Source of the DNA: Mesotaenium endlicherianum
Taxonomy: Eukaryota
NCBI GenBank assembly: GCA_009602735.1
Contig: WELA01003352.1
Span: forward strand, 249,777 to 295,261
Length of the DNA: 45,485 nucleotides
Direction of reading: 5' to 3'
In this document: one piece after another, positions 12,951 through 24,406 of the stretch
Numbering within the stretch: position 1 is the first letter of the stretch
Layout of the letters: every line of letters begins with the position of its first letter
Program-made: the position numbers and the translations under genes
Notes under the pieces: generated by a model
What the model was told of the DNA's origin: nothing
Databases searched by the model: none
Seen by the model: only the letters and a program-made list of their open reading frames with translations

Positions 12951-13031
12951 GTCAGAATGGCCGAGTTGGTCTAAGGCGCCAGTTTCAGGTACTGGTCCGA
13001 AAGGGCATGGGTTCAAATCCCATTTCTGACA
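12951..13031 (+). tRNA. tRNA-Leu(CAG)
   Basis: Acceptor stem GTCAGAA/TTCTGAC + A, A-box TGGCCGAGTTGG, anticodon arm CCAGT-TTCAGGT-ACTGG, long variable arm, B-box GGTTCAAATCC. Confidence 0.95.
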
Positions 13032-13043
13032 TTGTACTTGCAC

Positions 13044-13048
13044 TTTTT
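13044..13048 (+). terminator. Pol III oligo(T) terminator of tRNA-Leu
   Basis: T run ~12 nt downstream of the tRNA. Confidence 0.7.
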
Positions 13049-13820
13049 GGCATGTGTCGTTTTCCTGCCCTTATAAGGTTAAGTTACTAGTCAGAACCTC
13101 GTCAAAGTTTTTAACGCGAACCGTGAATGTTCAACGGCCGCATCGTTGGTCTGCCTATGTGTCTTTCTCCAGTTATCTTGACATTTCCCATTTGTATCGC
13201 TACTCACCAGGCTCACCACGTGAAATTACTGGAGACTTCTAAAGCTCAAGTTTGGTACAACTTTATGTAATTCATTTGCTTATTCTGTACAGCTATATAC
13301 GCTTTTTCATTATTTCGGCTTGTGGAAGTCATGGTACATACCATGGGGTGCTAACTCTTCAAAACACCTTGATAGGGGCAAATGGGAGTTCATCATGCTC
13401 GGGACGCCTTGAACCTGCGATCGAGCGCCTTAGACGCTTATTTTGGTCAGCTTGAGAGCAGGTTTAAGTTTGAGGATTGGTTGGTTCAAAGCTCCACGCG
13501 CATGTGTGCTTGACCACCCTTAGAACTAACTTGAATTCTTGATTTTACTTTTAAGATTGCCATCCATTTGCTCATGCTTTTCCACAACCTTGACACGAAC
13601 TTGAAATACACAGTTCAGTTCAGAACGACTTCAAATAGTGTCAAATAATCCCCGCCTTGTACCTTACTCCACTAAATCTGAAGTTTGCAGTGGATCCATT
13701 TTTGACTGACAAACGCTTGACTAACTTCGACAAATATACAGTCTAGATTGTCCACAAGCGACCCTCCAACTTTTGAGCTAGTATCCCACATAAAGCTCAC
13801 CAAAAGTATCGCCCACCGTC

Positions 13821-14508
13821 TGAAAGGGGCAGAGTGCCCTAGTGGAAGCGTAGTGACTCACGAGGAACCAAACTAGTTGCAATCATACTCTAGAGTGTAA
13901 CGGCATATCACTAAGAAAGTTGATGACAATTATTCAGCATTTTGAGTTGCAAGAAACTGCTCACAAATGAATGAGGATGAAAGGCAAACTCGTAGGAATG
14001 TAGAGAAGTGAAAATTGATGAGAAACAAAGAAGTTCTGCTTATTTATAATTTTCTACGACGACCGCTCGCCCCGAGGAGGGAGGGCCGCTTAGCAACGGA
14101 ATTTCTCACTGTTTCTCAAATCGTACCTTTCAAAATATTCGTGAGAAGGCCAGATCAGCCTCATCCAACGGGTCGGGTCGATTTGATGTCCACACATGCA
14201 TGCATCGAATTATCTAGAATATACTAACTTAGCGCGCTAATCCGAAAATTCTGGATAAATCGACCTGGTTGCCACTCCTCGTCAACTGAAATTACTTGAA
14301 AGTTCGAATTCACTCCGACGGCCTAGATCGCTCGACGCTGTCGGTCAATCCGACGGTCGCGCTCACCGCAAACTAAGGACAATCGTCAACCAACCTTAAA
14401 ATTAATTAAACTTCAGAAATCCATAACTTTCTCAATACTTCACCAAATTCGACGAATTGTATACCAAAACGACTACAAAAATGCACTCTACAATCTTATC
14501 ACCATACA
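13821..14508 (-). mobile_element. Solo LTR, family A
   Basis: Reverse-complement homolog of the LTRs at 18048 and 32715; TG..CA ends; TSD CCGTC at 13816-13820 and 14509-14513. Confidence 0.93.
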
Positions 14509-15900
14509 CCGTCAATGACCACCAACAGCCTATTTGTACAACTATCTTGTCTGTCACTCACATCCTTCACGTTTTCAAACTTGCAACAATTTTGATTATG
14601 ATGAATTTTAATGGGTGACTCAGGTTATGGTACTTCAGGTTTCTACAAATGTGGTTAATTCTGAATATTGCATTGTAAGTAGTAGATAGGCAGACGCCAG
14701 AAACTCTACCCAAACCAAACCACATTGGTATGCGAGAACCTCAACCTAAATTAACCAACACTGGCATCAGACTGGTACGCCACAAGATTACGAGAGCCTA
14801 ACGACTATGCTACGCCAAAAAATTGACCAGAAAGCACCCTCGTACGCCAAAAACTTGGCAAGTAGATATAAGGTAGATTTATTGTTGTTACTAGATTACC
14901 TTGTTGCTTATCAGTTTAGGGGTTCAGATTTATCGAAAGTACGATGGCAAATCTTACAAAGAACAATTGGTTTTTATGCAACCACCAACTTTGATACATT
15001 ATGCGACTCAACCGACAATCTGGTCAACAGTAACGTCTTTCGACCAACATGTGATGATTGGATTGAATTGATATATCTCGTCCTCTCCATGGCAAAGTAA
15101 ATTGTACTCAAACTTCATAAAGCCTCTCAAGTACTCAAGAAATTCACTCCTTAAGGTGCCATTCTCAAGCGCTTTGCGGCGCCTTGAAAGCCCAAAAAAT
15201 ATAGAGTGTACCTTGAGGCGCCTCTTGGTGAAAACAAAAAAAGTGTTCTTGGCTGGCGTTTTCTTTCAATAACTTTAGCTATTGTGCGCTTAAAATCAAT
15301 TCTGCCCAATTTAAGTCACTAGTATCAAAGAGATACAAAAAAATAACACAACAGTACTAATTGAAGTTTTTAAAGCACGTGACAAGTAGCGCGTACGATA
15401 TGAATCAAAATGTCAACAAAACAAGAAAACCAACAAAATCAGACTAAGAATACGACCATCAGATATGTATATATTTCGTTAAGTTTTGATATACCATGGG
15501 GTGCTCACTGTTGCAGTCTTCCCTAGAGGAATGATTTCTTTCACCAGATTTGCAAGTCGGTCCGCCGAAATACTTGCCTCATTGATTTTTTGCGCCATGT
15601 TCAAATTTCCCGCAGGCTACAACCGACTGTAGATTTGTTGAGCAAGGGTCTTTGAAGAAGGCGCCATAAACAAGAATTGGTTGACTTTCGCAAAATATAT
15701 GTGGCCGGCGATATCGCAAAAATGCCGAAAAGACTGATTTTTGCCTCAAGAGGATGTGTGGTGTCTATCATGTGCTGAACGAGGTCACCAGGCGGGACAG
15801 GTACCCCATGTCGACGCCCAATGAGATCTTCAACAACATTGATAGCTGTACCTGGTTTTCAATTTTGGATCTGAGGTAGGGCTTCGAACAAATACCCATC

Positions 15901-16286
15901 ATACTTTTAAAATACGGATACAGCTTATACGAGTTAAATAAATACGTTGAAGTATATACGGGTGTTCCAAAATTGTACGTTAAATACGTCAAAGTACGTC
16001 GAGCGTGTGAAATTAGTAGAAAGTTGTTTGCGCTTGTAACTTTTGGAAAATTTCAAACTTATAGATTTTGTCGATTGCATTAGGTGGAGAATGACGAGCG
16101 TGTCAAGAATAGATGGTCATAAAATAATTATGTCAACCATTCTCCTGTGGAACGGAAAATCTTATCTTGATATTTAAAAAAAATAACGGACCACTATTTT
16201 TAAGGTTATATTTTGATACATATACGTATACGATACGGAGTATCAATACGGCAAGTTAGGCCGATACGCAAGTATTTTAAAACTAG
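15901..16286. mobile_element. Non-autonomous TIR element (MITE-1)
   Basis: Left end atacttttaaaatac vs reverse complement of right end ctagttttaaaatac; degenerate 10-bp TSD (aatacccatc / gatcccaacc); removing 15901-16296 restores QIPI-AEEDQHKTAF. Confidence 0.8.
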
Positions 16287-16556
16287 GATCCCAACCGCAG
16301 AGGAGGACCAGCACAAGACGGCATTTTGGGTGGTCCAGCGTCTCTTCGAGTGGAGGGTGATGCCCTTTGGATTGAAGAACGCACCGGCCACCTTCCAGCA
16401 CGTCATGGAGAAGGAGCTGGCAGGCCTCTCCATTTCCCGGTGCTACATTGACGACGTGCTCGAGCACGTGGAGCACATCACTGCAGCCCTGGATTGCTTG
16501 GAGGCCGCTGTGCTTGCCATCCAGGCACGTGCACCTTTGGGACCTGAGTGGTGGAG

Positions 16557-17282
16557 TAATATGAATCGACTTACCAATAAGCGATCAACAATAAATAAAG
16601 ATCTTCATATCAGCGAGTAATCTTTATCGTATTTTCTGTTAACTGATTAAACAGCAGAAGACACACACTAGCGGTGGACAATACTCGCAAGTCAAATGCA
16701 AGTAAACGAGCATCAATAATGCAATCAATAAACTCATACATAAGCAAGGCTAGAAGACGGTGCGTGTCAATGGCTTCTCGCCTTGGATTCAGATATTTCT
16801 CAGTAAGCGGTACAAGAGAGTTGGCCTCGATTCCAAATGCCGAACTTGAGACCAATACCTAGCATATGTACATGGAATGAGTTTTACTGTTCAACGGCAA
16901 GTGCGATGGCACCTCCTACCCGGGAGTTAACCACGTTGGTAGGATCTCGGCTAACCAAATCCACAGCTATCTCTCATCATCTCGAAACGCCATCCACCTT
17001 AAAGGTGTCATTTGGCCACTCATCTAGCACACCACACTTAGATGCATAGCTAGGCAGTTTGCTGCTGCCGAGTACGGCAGCCAACTCACTGTCAAAGAAT
17101 GTGTCAGCAAGCTGACACAAGTCAACAGGTTGATCTAATGGACTTCAGCCTGCTGCTCTTGGCTAAGTATCCAGCAGGCTTAAAACCAGCGGACCAAATA
17201 TTAACTAAAGTTCAGCAGGCTAAATTATTTAACTACTATATCTAATGAATAGTATATCTATCCAATAATCTGATTCATTACA
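16557..17282 (-). mobile_element. Solo LTR, family B (more diverged copy)
   Basis: Homologous to the LTRs at 21145, 23093 and 30064; TSD TGGAG at 16552-16556 and 17283-17287. Confidence 0.93.
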
Positions 17283-18047
17283 TGGAGTACCTTGGGCACG
17301 TGCTCTCTTCAAGTGGGTTGGCGCCGCAGCTGGCCATGGTCTCGGCCATTACGAGCATCCCTCCTCCTTGTACGCATCAATCATGTATTTTTTTGTAGGG
17401 AGTTTTCAAGAGGGTACAGGGCTTGAGCAAGATGCATACATCCTCTATGTAGAGAACAAGTTGAAAGCACTTGTCACAACAGTGAGAGAGAAGTGTATGG
17501 TGCAGTGTCCAAATCTCCAGTGGGGAGATCCATGGGAGATTAACATTTGAAGGTGAGAGATGCAGACCTCCTCGTGACTGGTGAGTGATGTTTAAGGACC
17601 CTAAGAAGGCATATTGCGACAGGTGTTGGCAGCTGTTGTGGAAATCGCAGACTGCCCGATCATGGTCATCAATTTCAGTGAGAAGGGACACTGAGGCCGT
17701 CTGGTAATTTTGGAATTGCTTTCACAAAGCTGGTCTTGCAGTGTTTTTCCTTGAAACATATTATTTTGTATGACATGAAAGACATATAAATTGCTTATAG
17801 AAGAATAATAACTTGTATACATGTAACTGGCAAAGTGAAAACCTAAATTCATGTTCTAGAAGTGCCTGGCATACTTTATGCATCCACATCTTATGTCTTC
17901 CAAAGTCTTCATCATTCTATTGATTGAGCATGGACCTAAGAGCTGGAAAGTGCCCAGAGTGGGCGCATAGGGGTACTGATGCTTGCGCTCATTCACTCAG
18001 TGTGAATCTGCGGCAGCCAATTGATATGCCATGAAAGCTATTGTTTT

Positions 18048-19296
18048 TGTAAGGTCATAGGATTGTAGAGTGCATTTTTGTGGCCATTTTGATTTGTTGA
18101 TTAAGTATTGAGAAAGTTATGGATTTCTGAACTTTACTTAATTTAAAGGTTGGTCAACAATCGTCCTTAATTTGCGGTGAGGGCAACCGTTGGATTGACC
18201 GTTAGCGTCAAGCGATTTGGTCCGTTAGAGTGAATTCAAACCTTCACGTAATTTCGGCTGACGCGGAGTGCCGACTAGGTCAATTACGTAGAAGTTTCAG
18301 ATTAGCCTAGCGCGCCTAAGTTAGTACTTTCTAGATATTTCGATGCATGTATGTGGACGTCAAATTGGCCCGACACGTCGGATGAGGCTGATCCAGCCTA
18401 CTCACGAATAATCTGGAAGGGACGTTTTGACAAACACTTTCGTTGCTAAGCGGCCCTCCCTCCTAGGGGCGAGTGATTGTCGTAGAAAACTATAAATAGG
18501 CATAACTTCTTTGTGTCTTATCAATTTTCACTTTTGTAAATTTTTACGGGTTTGTAATGACAATGTCTTTCATCCTAGTCATTTGTGAGCACTTTCTTGC
18601 TACTCAATATATTTAGTAATCTTCCTAAGCTTTCTTAGTGGCATGCCGCTGCACTTAGTTATGGAATACGTGCGTATAGTTCGGTCAAGTGCGGATTATA
18701 CGCTAAAATGCGTCGTATTTGCTAAATACGTGTATACAAAGTTTAATTCGACTAAATGGTCGAACCTGGTCTATAGTCCTGTCGAATTTGGTTTTCTTCT
18801 ACTTAGCCTCAATTAAATTTTGGTTTGTGTACACGTAAGCGCAAAACAGAATTGCAACCACGATTGCCGCTGTCGTGTCAGCAGGTGTGCACGCTCTTCG
18901 TGAGTTTCAAATATCTTGACAAAACGACTGTCGAGTTGCAGGGACCCATTGACGCGGGTAATGTTGTTCGAGATTGGCGAGATGTGTTAACGCCGTACCA
19001 GCAGGTCGCTGACTTGACTTTGCACGGTTAATTTGAGGGCAGCGTGTCAGATTGAAAAAATATTTTGGCCCTTACACGCGTGTTCGTATTATCAGTTGAT
19101 TTATTAACCGACAGACGTATTTGGGTTGTTTTACGCCGACCTCTCACGCATAACGCCTGTGCGTATTCGAAATGCGAATGCGACGTATTCGTATTCCATA
19201 ACTAGGTCGCTGCACTCTAGAGTATGATTGCAACTAGTTTTGTTCCTCGTGAGTCGTGAGTCACTACAATTCCACTAGGGCACTTTGCCCTTTTCA
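18048..19296 (+). repeat. 5' LTR of element A (lengthened by the MITE-2 insertion)
   Basis: TGTAAGGTCATAGG...GCCCTTTTCA; colinear with the 3' LTR apart from 18655-19215. Confidence 0.93.
18655..19205. mobile_element. Non-autonomous TIR element (MITE-2)
   Basis: Perfect 15-bp TIR tagttatggaatacg (18656-18670) / cgtattccataacta (19190-19204); 10-bp TSD gccgctgcac / gtcgctgcac; absent from the two other family A LTRs. Confidence 0.9.
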
Positions 19297-19298
19297 TC

Positions 19299-19310
19299 TG
19301 GTATCGGAGC
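19299..19310 (+). promoter_or_regulatory. Primer binding site of element A (tRNA-iMet type)
   Basis: TGGTATCGGAGC 2 nt after the LTR-terminal CA. Confidence 0.9.
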
Positions 19311-19333
19311 TGGACTAGTTTACATATTATATT

Positions 19334-20353
19334 ATGGAGTCGCAGTCGACAGCCAAAGGAGGCGAACATGTCGAGCACGTCAAGAGAGTGGAACTGCAGG
19401 CAGCGCCAACCAATGACCAGGGAGCAACAAGAGATGCAGGCGATGCTAAGGCAAATGGCAACTGCAATTGGTGGAGAAGTCTACACCCAATTTCGACAAA
19501 ATATGCGCGCGGAGGTGGAGAGGATGGTGCGAATTGTTGTGGGGTGCGCACTTGCACCTGCTATGCCACCAATTCATGTTCAACCAGTGGTGCAACCAAT
19601 TATTCCACCTGCATCGGGAGTGCGTGCGCCTAAGCCTAAAGTGTATACTGGAGAGCGTGCATTGCCGCCTCTTCATCAATGGATTTTGGAGTGAAGAAGA
19701 TTATGGAGTATTATGCATTCACGCCTGACAGGCAAGTCGCCTTTGTAAATACCTTGCTAAAAAAGAGTGCTGGAGCTTGGTATGAGCGAGAAGAGCAATT
19801 GTGGGGAATGCCTGCTACTGTTGATCAGCTCTTTGAAGGCTTGACGAGGCAATTTCAACCTATTGCACCCGAGGCTATCGCTCAAGATCTATTGGTGCGC
19901 CTTCGTCAACGAGGAAGCATTCAAGAGTATGTATTGCGGCGTGCGCTTCAACGTGCTGGTGCTACAGTGTCCATCCATGCACAAGTTGAAGATGATGGAC
20001 AAATTTAAGATGGGACTAAAGCCAACTGTAGCCAAGGAAGTGGCGCTCAAGGACCCTACAATCAAGGAGAAATGATGGCATTGGCGACGAGGGTCGACGC
20101 TGTGGAGTCTAGTCAGAGGCAGTGGGGCAGCCACAACTCTGGAGGGCATCAACACTTTGGATCCCAAGCGCAAGGCACGAGTGCACAAGGTCCAATACCT
20201 GCAGAGTTGGGACTTTTTCGGAACCAGCGCAGGCAGCAAAATTTCAAGCCAAGAGGACCCTGCTATAACTGTGGCAAGCTTGGGCATCTGCCTTGAGACT
20301 ATCGTGTGAAGGCGAAGCAACCTCAACAACAGGAAAAAGGAGGACGCAAGTAA
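19334..20353 (+). pseudogene. gag: gag of element A, frameshifted
   Basis: KPKVYTGER..HQWI, QVAFVNTLLKKSAGAWY, LRQRGSIQEY, FKMGLKP and zinc knuckle remnant CYNCGKLGH, spread over several frames. Confidence 0.85.
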
Positions 20354-20407
20354 GTTGTTTTTGGGCGCCTACTTTGTGAAGATGGGAATCCACAAGGAGG
20401 TTATCCC

Positions 20408-21144
20408 CAGCGCTAGTCTTATTTGTAAAGAAGAAGGACAGGACTATGAGGATATGTGTCGACTACCAAGCACTCAACAAGATCACCATCAAAAATAGGT
20501 ACCCACTCCCACGAGTGAACAAGTTGATTGACATGCTTGTCGGGGCAAAGTATTTCTCGAAGATTGATTTGAGGAGTGGCTATCACCAGGTACGGATTGC
20601 GGAAGGAGACGTTTAGAAGACTGCTTTCAGGCTCCGCTATGGCTTATTTGAGTTCACAGTCATGCCTTTTGGGTTAACTAATGCACCTGCTACATTCATG
20701 GGACTCATAAAATAGTATCTTCATACCCCACTCGGACCAGTTTGTGGTGGTATTTTTGGACGACACCTTGATCTATTCAAAGACCTTGGAGGAGCATGTG
20801 GAGCATCTGAGGAAGGTGTTAGAGGTCTTGAGAGATCAGAAGCTATACGGGAAGAAGAGCAAGTGCGACTTCAATCTCAAGGAGGTCGAGTTTTTTGGGC
20901 ACATAGTGGGAGCTGAAGGAGTCAAAGTGGAGCAGAAGAAGGTGAAAGCAGTCAGAGATTGGCCGGTACCTGCTGATATTCATCAACTCAGGAGCTTCCT
21001 CGGCATGGCGAATTATTATTTACATTTTATTGAAGGATTCGCCAAGGTGTGTGCACCACTCACGAACATGTTGAAGAAGCAGGAGAAGTGGCTATGGGGT
21101 GACAAGGAGCAGCAAGCATTTGAGAAGATTAAGAAGTTGTTGAC
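20408..21144 (+). pseudogene. pol: pol of element A, RT part (protease region deleted)
   Basis: [81 protein letters not shown]; contains stops and frameshifts. Confidence 0.9.
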
Positions 21145-21858
21145 TGAAATGAATCGTCTTACCAAATAAGCGATTAATAAATTAATAAAGATCTTTATAT
21201 CAGCAAGTAATCTTTATGGTAATTTCCGTTAATTGATTAAACGGCAAAGGACAACACACTAGCAGTGAATAATACTCGTGAGTCAAATGCGAGTAAACTA
21301 GCATCAATCATGCAAATCAGTAAACTCATACAAGGTTAGAAGACAGTGCGTATCAATGGCTTCTCGCCTTGGATTCAGATCCCTCTCAGTAAGCTGTACA
21401 AGAGAGTTGGCCTCGTTTCCGAATGCCGAACTCGAGAGCAATGCCTAGCGTATGTACATGGAATGAGTTTACTGTTCAACGGTCAGTGCGATGGCACCGC
21501 CTACCCGGGAGTTAACCACGTTGGTAGGACCTCGGTTAACCAAATCCACCGCCATCTCCCATCATCCCGAATAGCCATCCATCATAGGGATGTCATCTGG
21601 CCATTCATCTAGCATATCGTACTTAGGTGTATGTCAAGGCAGTTCGCTGCTACCGAGTACGGAAGTCAGCTGGCTGTCAAGAATGGGTCAGCAAGCTGAC
21701 TTATATAAACTTCAGCCTGCTGCTTCCGGCTGAGTCATTAAACTGATAAATATGTAAAGTCCAGCAAACTAATTATTAACTAAAGTTCAGCAGGCTGAAC
21801 TTAATTAACAATTATATTTAAGTGAACATTATATCTACTAATATACTGATTTATTACA
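21145..21858 (-). repeat. 3' LTR of element B
   Basis: Highly similar to 30064-30782; TG..CA ends. Confidence 0.95.
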
Positions 21859-21873
21859 ATCCCTCCAACTTAA
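21859..21873 (-). promoter_or_regulatory. Polypurine tract of element B
   Basis: TTAAGTTGGAGGGAT immediately before the 3' LTR on the minus strand. Confidence 0.85.
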
Positions 21874-21971
21874 CTTGTTGTCGCCTCGACAACATTAAAT
21901 TGTAAAAGCCTTAAATAAAGGAACTGACCCTGACCAGCCTCCCCTACTGACTGTCTTTTCAGCCTGTCACC

Positions 21972-24375
21972 TTAAGGGGTTGTTCCTGGGGCTTCAGGGT
22001 CAGGAGACGGAGATCTGGACCTAGATCTGGACAGCCCTCTAGGTCTGTCAGCTGGCCTTCTAAAGAACCCTGTTTGCTCTAAAGTTGGACCTCGAGGAGA
22101 ACGAAGGATGGTAGCCTGCTCTTCAACCACTTGGGTGTTGATCCCCACATAGACAGGCATTCCAGTAGGATGCTGAAATACATTGGCTAGAGGTACATGC
22201 CCCTGAGCGGAGGGGGAGGCTGGCATACCTCTGGCCCACCCGCGTGTCCCTCTTCTGGCACCCCTGTCCTCTGGGGATTTCTGTCTGTGTCTGCTGCCCA
22301 GTACAGTCAGATCAGCTTCTTCCCCTGCTTGGGCAGGTGGGCTGGGGGAGCGAGCGCGGGGTCCAGTTGTCGCCATAACGGGGATCACATTCCAAACACC
22401 TGATCGTGGTTCTTTAGGAAGCGCCCCTGCCTGTCCCTGGGTATCCTGAGTACCTGCTGCTGATGCTTCTCCTCTGCCTTGTTCTTCTTCCTCATCCTCC
22501 TCATCCTCCTCCTCGGAGAGAGTAGGGGTCTCGTCCACTAAGTCGTCCTGCTCCCTAGTAGACATGGAGTAGTCTACCGACCTCCCTTTCTTAGGGCGCG
22601 CTGGAGGTTGCTTGGCCTTCAGCCTACTGATATCTATCCGGCCTGCATTCTTTGCCCATTTGACAAAGGCATGCTTTCCCTTAGAGAAGTACTCTCTTCC
22701 CCTCCTCCTATGTTCCTTGGTCTCTGCATTCATATTGCTCAGGCATCCATTCAGCCTGGGGTCCCAAGGGGCAATGTGAGGTGGTAGGATGAGATAGCCG
22801 TCTAGGCCATAGTGGAAGTCATCCGGTTGGGCTCGGTCACACTCCTGCTTCTTATTTGTGACGGTCATCCACCTCCAGTCTGTTGGCTGCTGGTAGTACT
22901 GGGGTCCGTGCTCAGCCTTCCTCAGTTTACACGGGAACCAGTGGGGAGAGAACATCTGCTGTCCTGCTTCCCTGGCCAAGTACTCCCAGCTCCTTCTCTC
23001 AACTTCATTGTAAGCTGGCAGTAGTGTGAGGTAGAATACCGCATCCTTAAAGCTATCGGGCCGCATGCTCACCATCCGGATGAGTCTCTGATTGAAATGA
23101 ATCGACTTACCAAATAAGCGATTAACAATTAATAAAGATCTTTATATCAGCAAGTAATCTTTATGATATTTTCCGTTTAACTGGTTTAACGGCAAAGGAC
23201 AACACACTAGCAGTGAATAATACTCGTCAGTCAAATGAGAGTAAAGTAGCATCAATAATGCAAATCAGTAAACTCATACATAAGCAAGGTTAGAAGACAG
23301 TGCGTATCAATGGCTTCTCGCCTTGGATTCAGATCTCTCTCAGTAAGCTGTACAAGAGAGTTGGCCTCGTTTCCGAATGCCAAACTCGAGAGCAATGCCT
23401 AGTGTATGTACATAGAATGAGTTTACTGTTCAACGGTCAGTGCGATGGCACCGCCTACCCGGGAGTTAACCACGTTGGTAGGACCTCGGTTAACCAAATC
23501 CACCGCCATCTCCCATCATCCCGAATAGCCATCCATCATAGGGATGTCATCTGGCTATTCATCTAGCATATCGCACTTAGATGCATATCAAGGCAGTTCG
23601 CTGCTACCGAGTACGGAAGTCAGCTTGCTGTCAAAGAATGTGTCAGCAAGCTGACTTATATGGACTTTCAGCCTGCTGCTTTCGACTGAGTCAGCAAACT
23701 GATAATTATGTAAAGTCCAGCAGAATGACTATTAACTAAGGTTCAGCAGGCTGAACTTAATTAACTATTATATTTAAATGAATATTATATCCACTAATAT
23801 ACTGATTCATTACACTGATCTCCCACTATTCCCGGTATGGGGACCGGCTTGTCCTTTGAATCATCTGCAAGATACCGGGCCTGCTCTGCTGGATAGCCCA
23901 CCATCTTGGCATAATCTTCGTAGAGGACCACACCAGTGTGTGTCTCGATGTACCTATCCAGTGCTGCAGCCCCTTCCCCCTGTAGCAGTGTTGTCTGTTC
24001 CAGCCTGTTGATCTCTTGGGCTGCCAGAAATGCTTCCTTCAGGTTATCGAAGTTTTGGCCACCCACCACAGTATACCTGTAAGTGGCCAAGCTCTTCTGT
24101 CTGTCCGCTTCAATCTTTTTCCTTTTCTCCTCCTCTGCCGCTGCCGCTTCTTCTTGTTGTTTCTTCTGTCTCTCCTCCTCAGCTTTCCTGAGGTTTTCCG
24201 CTTCCTGATCCTTCTTCCTCTGTGCCTCTTCTGCCGCCTCTTGTTGTCTGCGGACCCTTTCTTGTTCTCTCCTGGTGAGGGACGTCGCCGCCAGCTCCTT
24301 CTGGTATTGCTCCATTGTCCTCCTGGCTTCTTCTGCCTTGCGCTTTCTGTCCTCCTTTTGTGTGGTGGGCGCCAT
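21972..24375 (-). CDS. Extra ORF (ORF3, ~558 aa, unknown function) of element B, split by a solo LTR: 24375-23815 + 23087-21972
   Basis: Removing LTR 23093-23814 and one CTGAT joins ..PIPGIVGDQ to RLIRMVSMRPDSF.. in frame with no stops; charged coiled-coil N-terminus, aromatic-rich core, acidic and RS-rich tail. Confidence 0.88.
23093..23814 (-). mobile_element. Solo LTR, family B, inserted in ORF3 of element B
   Basis: Full-length LTR copy; TSD CTGAT at 23088-23092 and 23815-23819; no adjacent PBS or PPT. Confidence 0.94.
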
Positions 24376-24376
24376 C

Positions 24377-24406
24377 CTGCACATGTAACCAGGGCACAAG
24401 TTAGTA
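24377..24406 (-). promoter_or_regulatory. Putative branch point and 3' splice acceptor directly before the ORF3 ATG
   Basis: TACTAAC (24406-24400) ~24 nt upstream of TGCAG|G-ATG; second TACTAAC at 24451-24445; possible donor AAG|GTAAAC at 24479. Confidence 0.6.

Larger units (their letters stand above)
15751..17370 (+). pseudogene. Degenerate Ty3/gypsy reverse transcriptase fragment interrupted by a MITE and a solo LTR
   Basis: RMCGVYHVLNEVTRRDRYPM..FSILDLR*GFEQIPI | AEEDQHKTAFW..MPFGLKNAPATFQ..YIDD..VVE | YLGHVLSSSG; the frame rejoins across both insertions. Confidence 0.88.

Noticed and set aside
13338..15505. 15-bp direct repeat ataccatggggtgct (13338, 15491) and scattered GGCGCCTT motifs suggesting an old DNA transposon
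   Set aside because: No convincing TIR pair, TSD or coding remnant could be defined by eye
17390..17705. Exon-like segments (tttgtag|...|gtgaga)
   Set aside because: No recognisable protein motif and stops near the boundaries; cannot be linked to a gene
21346..21612. 88-aa ORF (MRINGFSPWIQ...) recurring at 21346, 23300 and 30270
   Set aside because: Lies antisense within near-identical LTR copies, starts at GTG, and is broken in the older solo LTR at 16557; recurrence is explained by LTR identity
21972..24375. ORF3 as an envelope gene
   Set aside because: No signal peptide or hydrophobic transmembrane segment is visible
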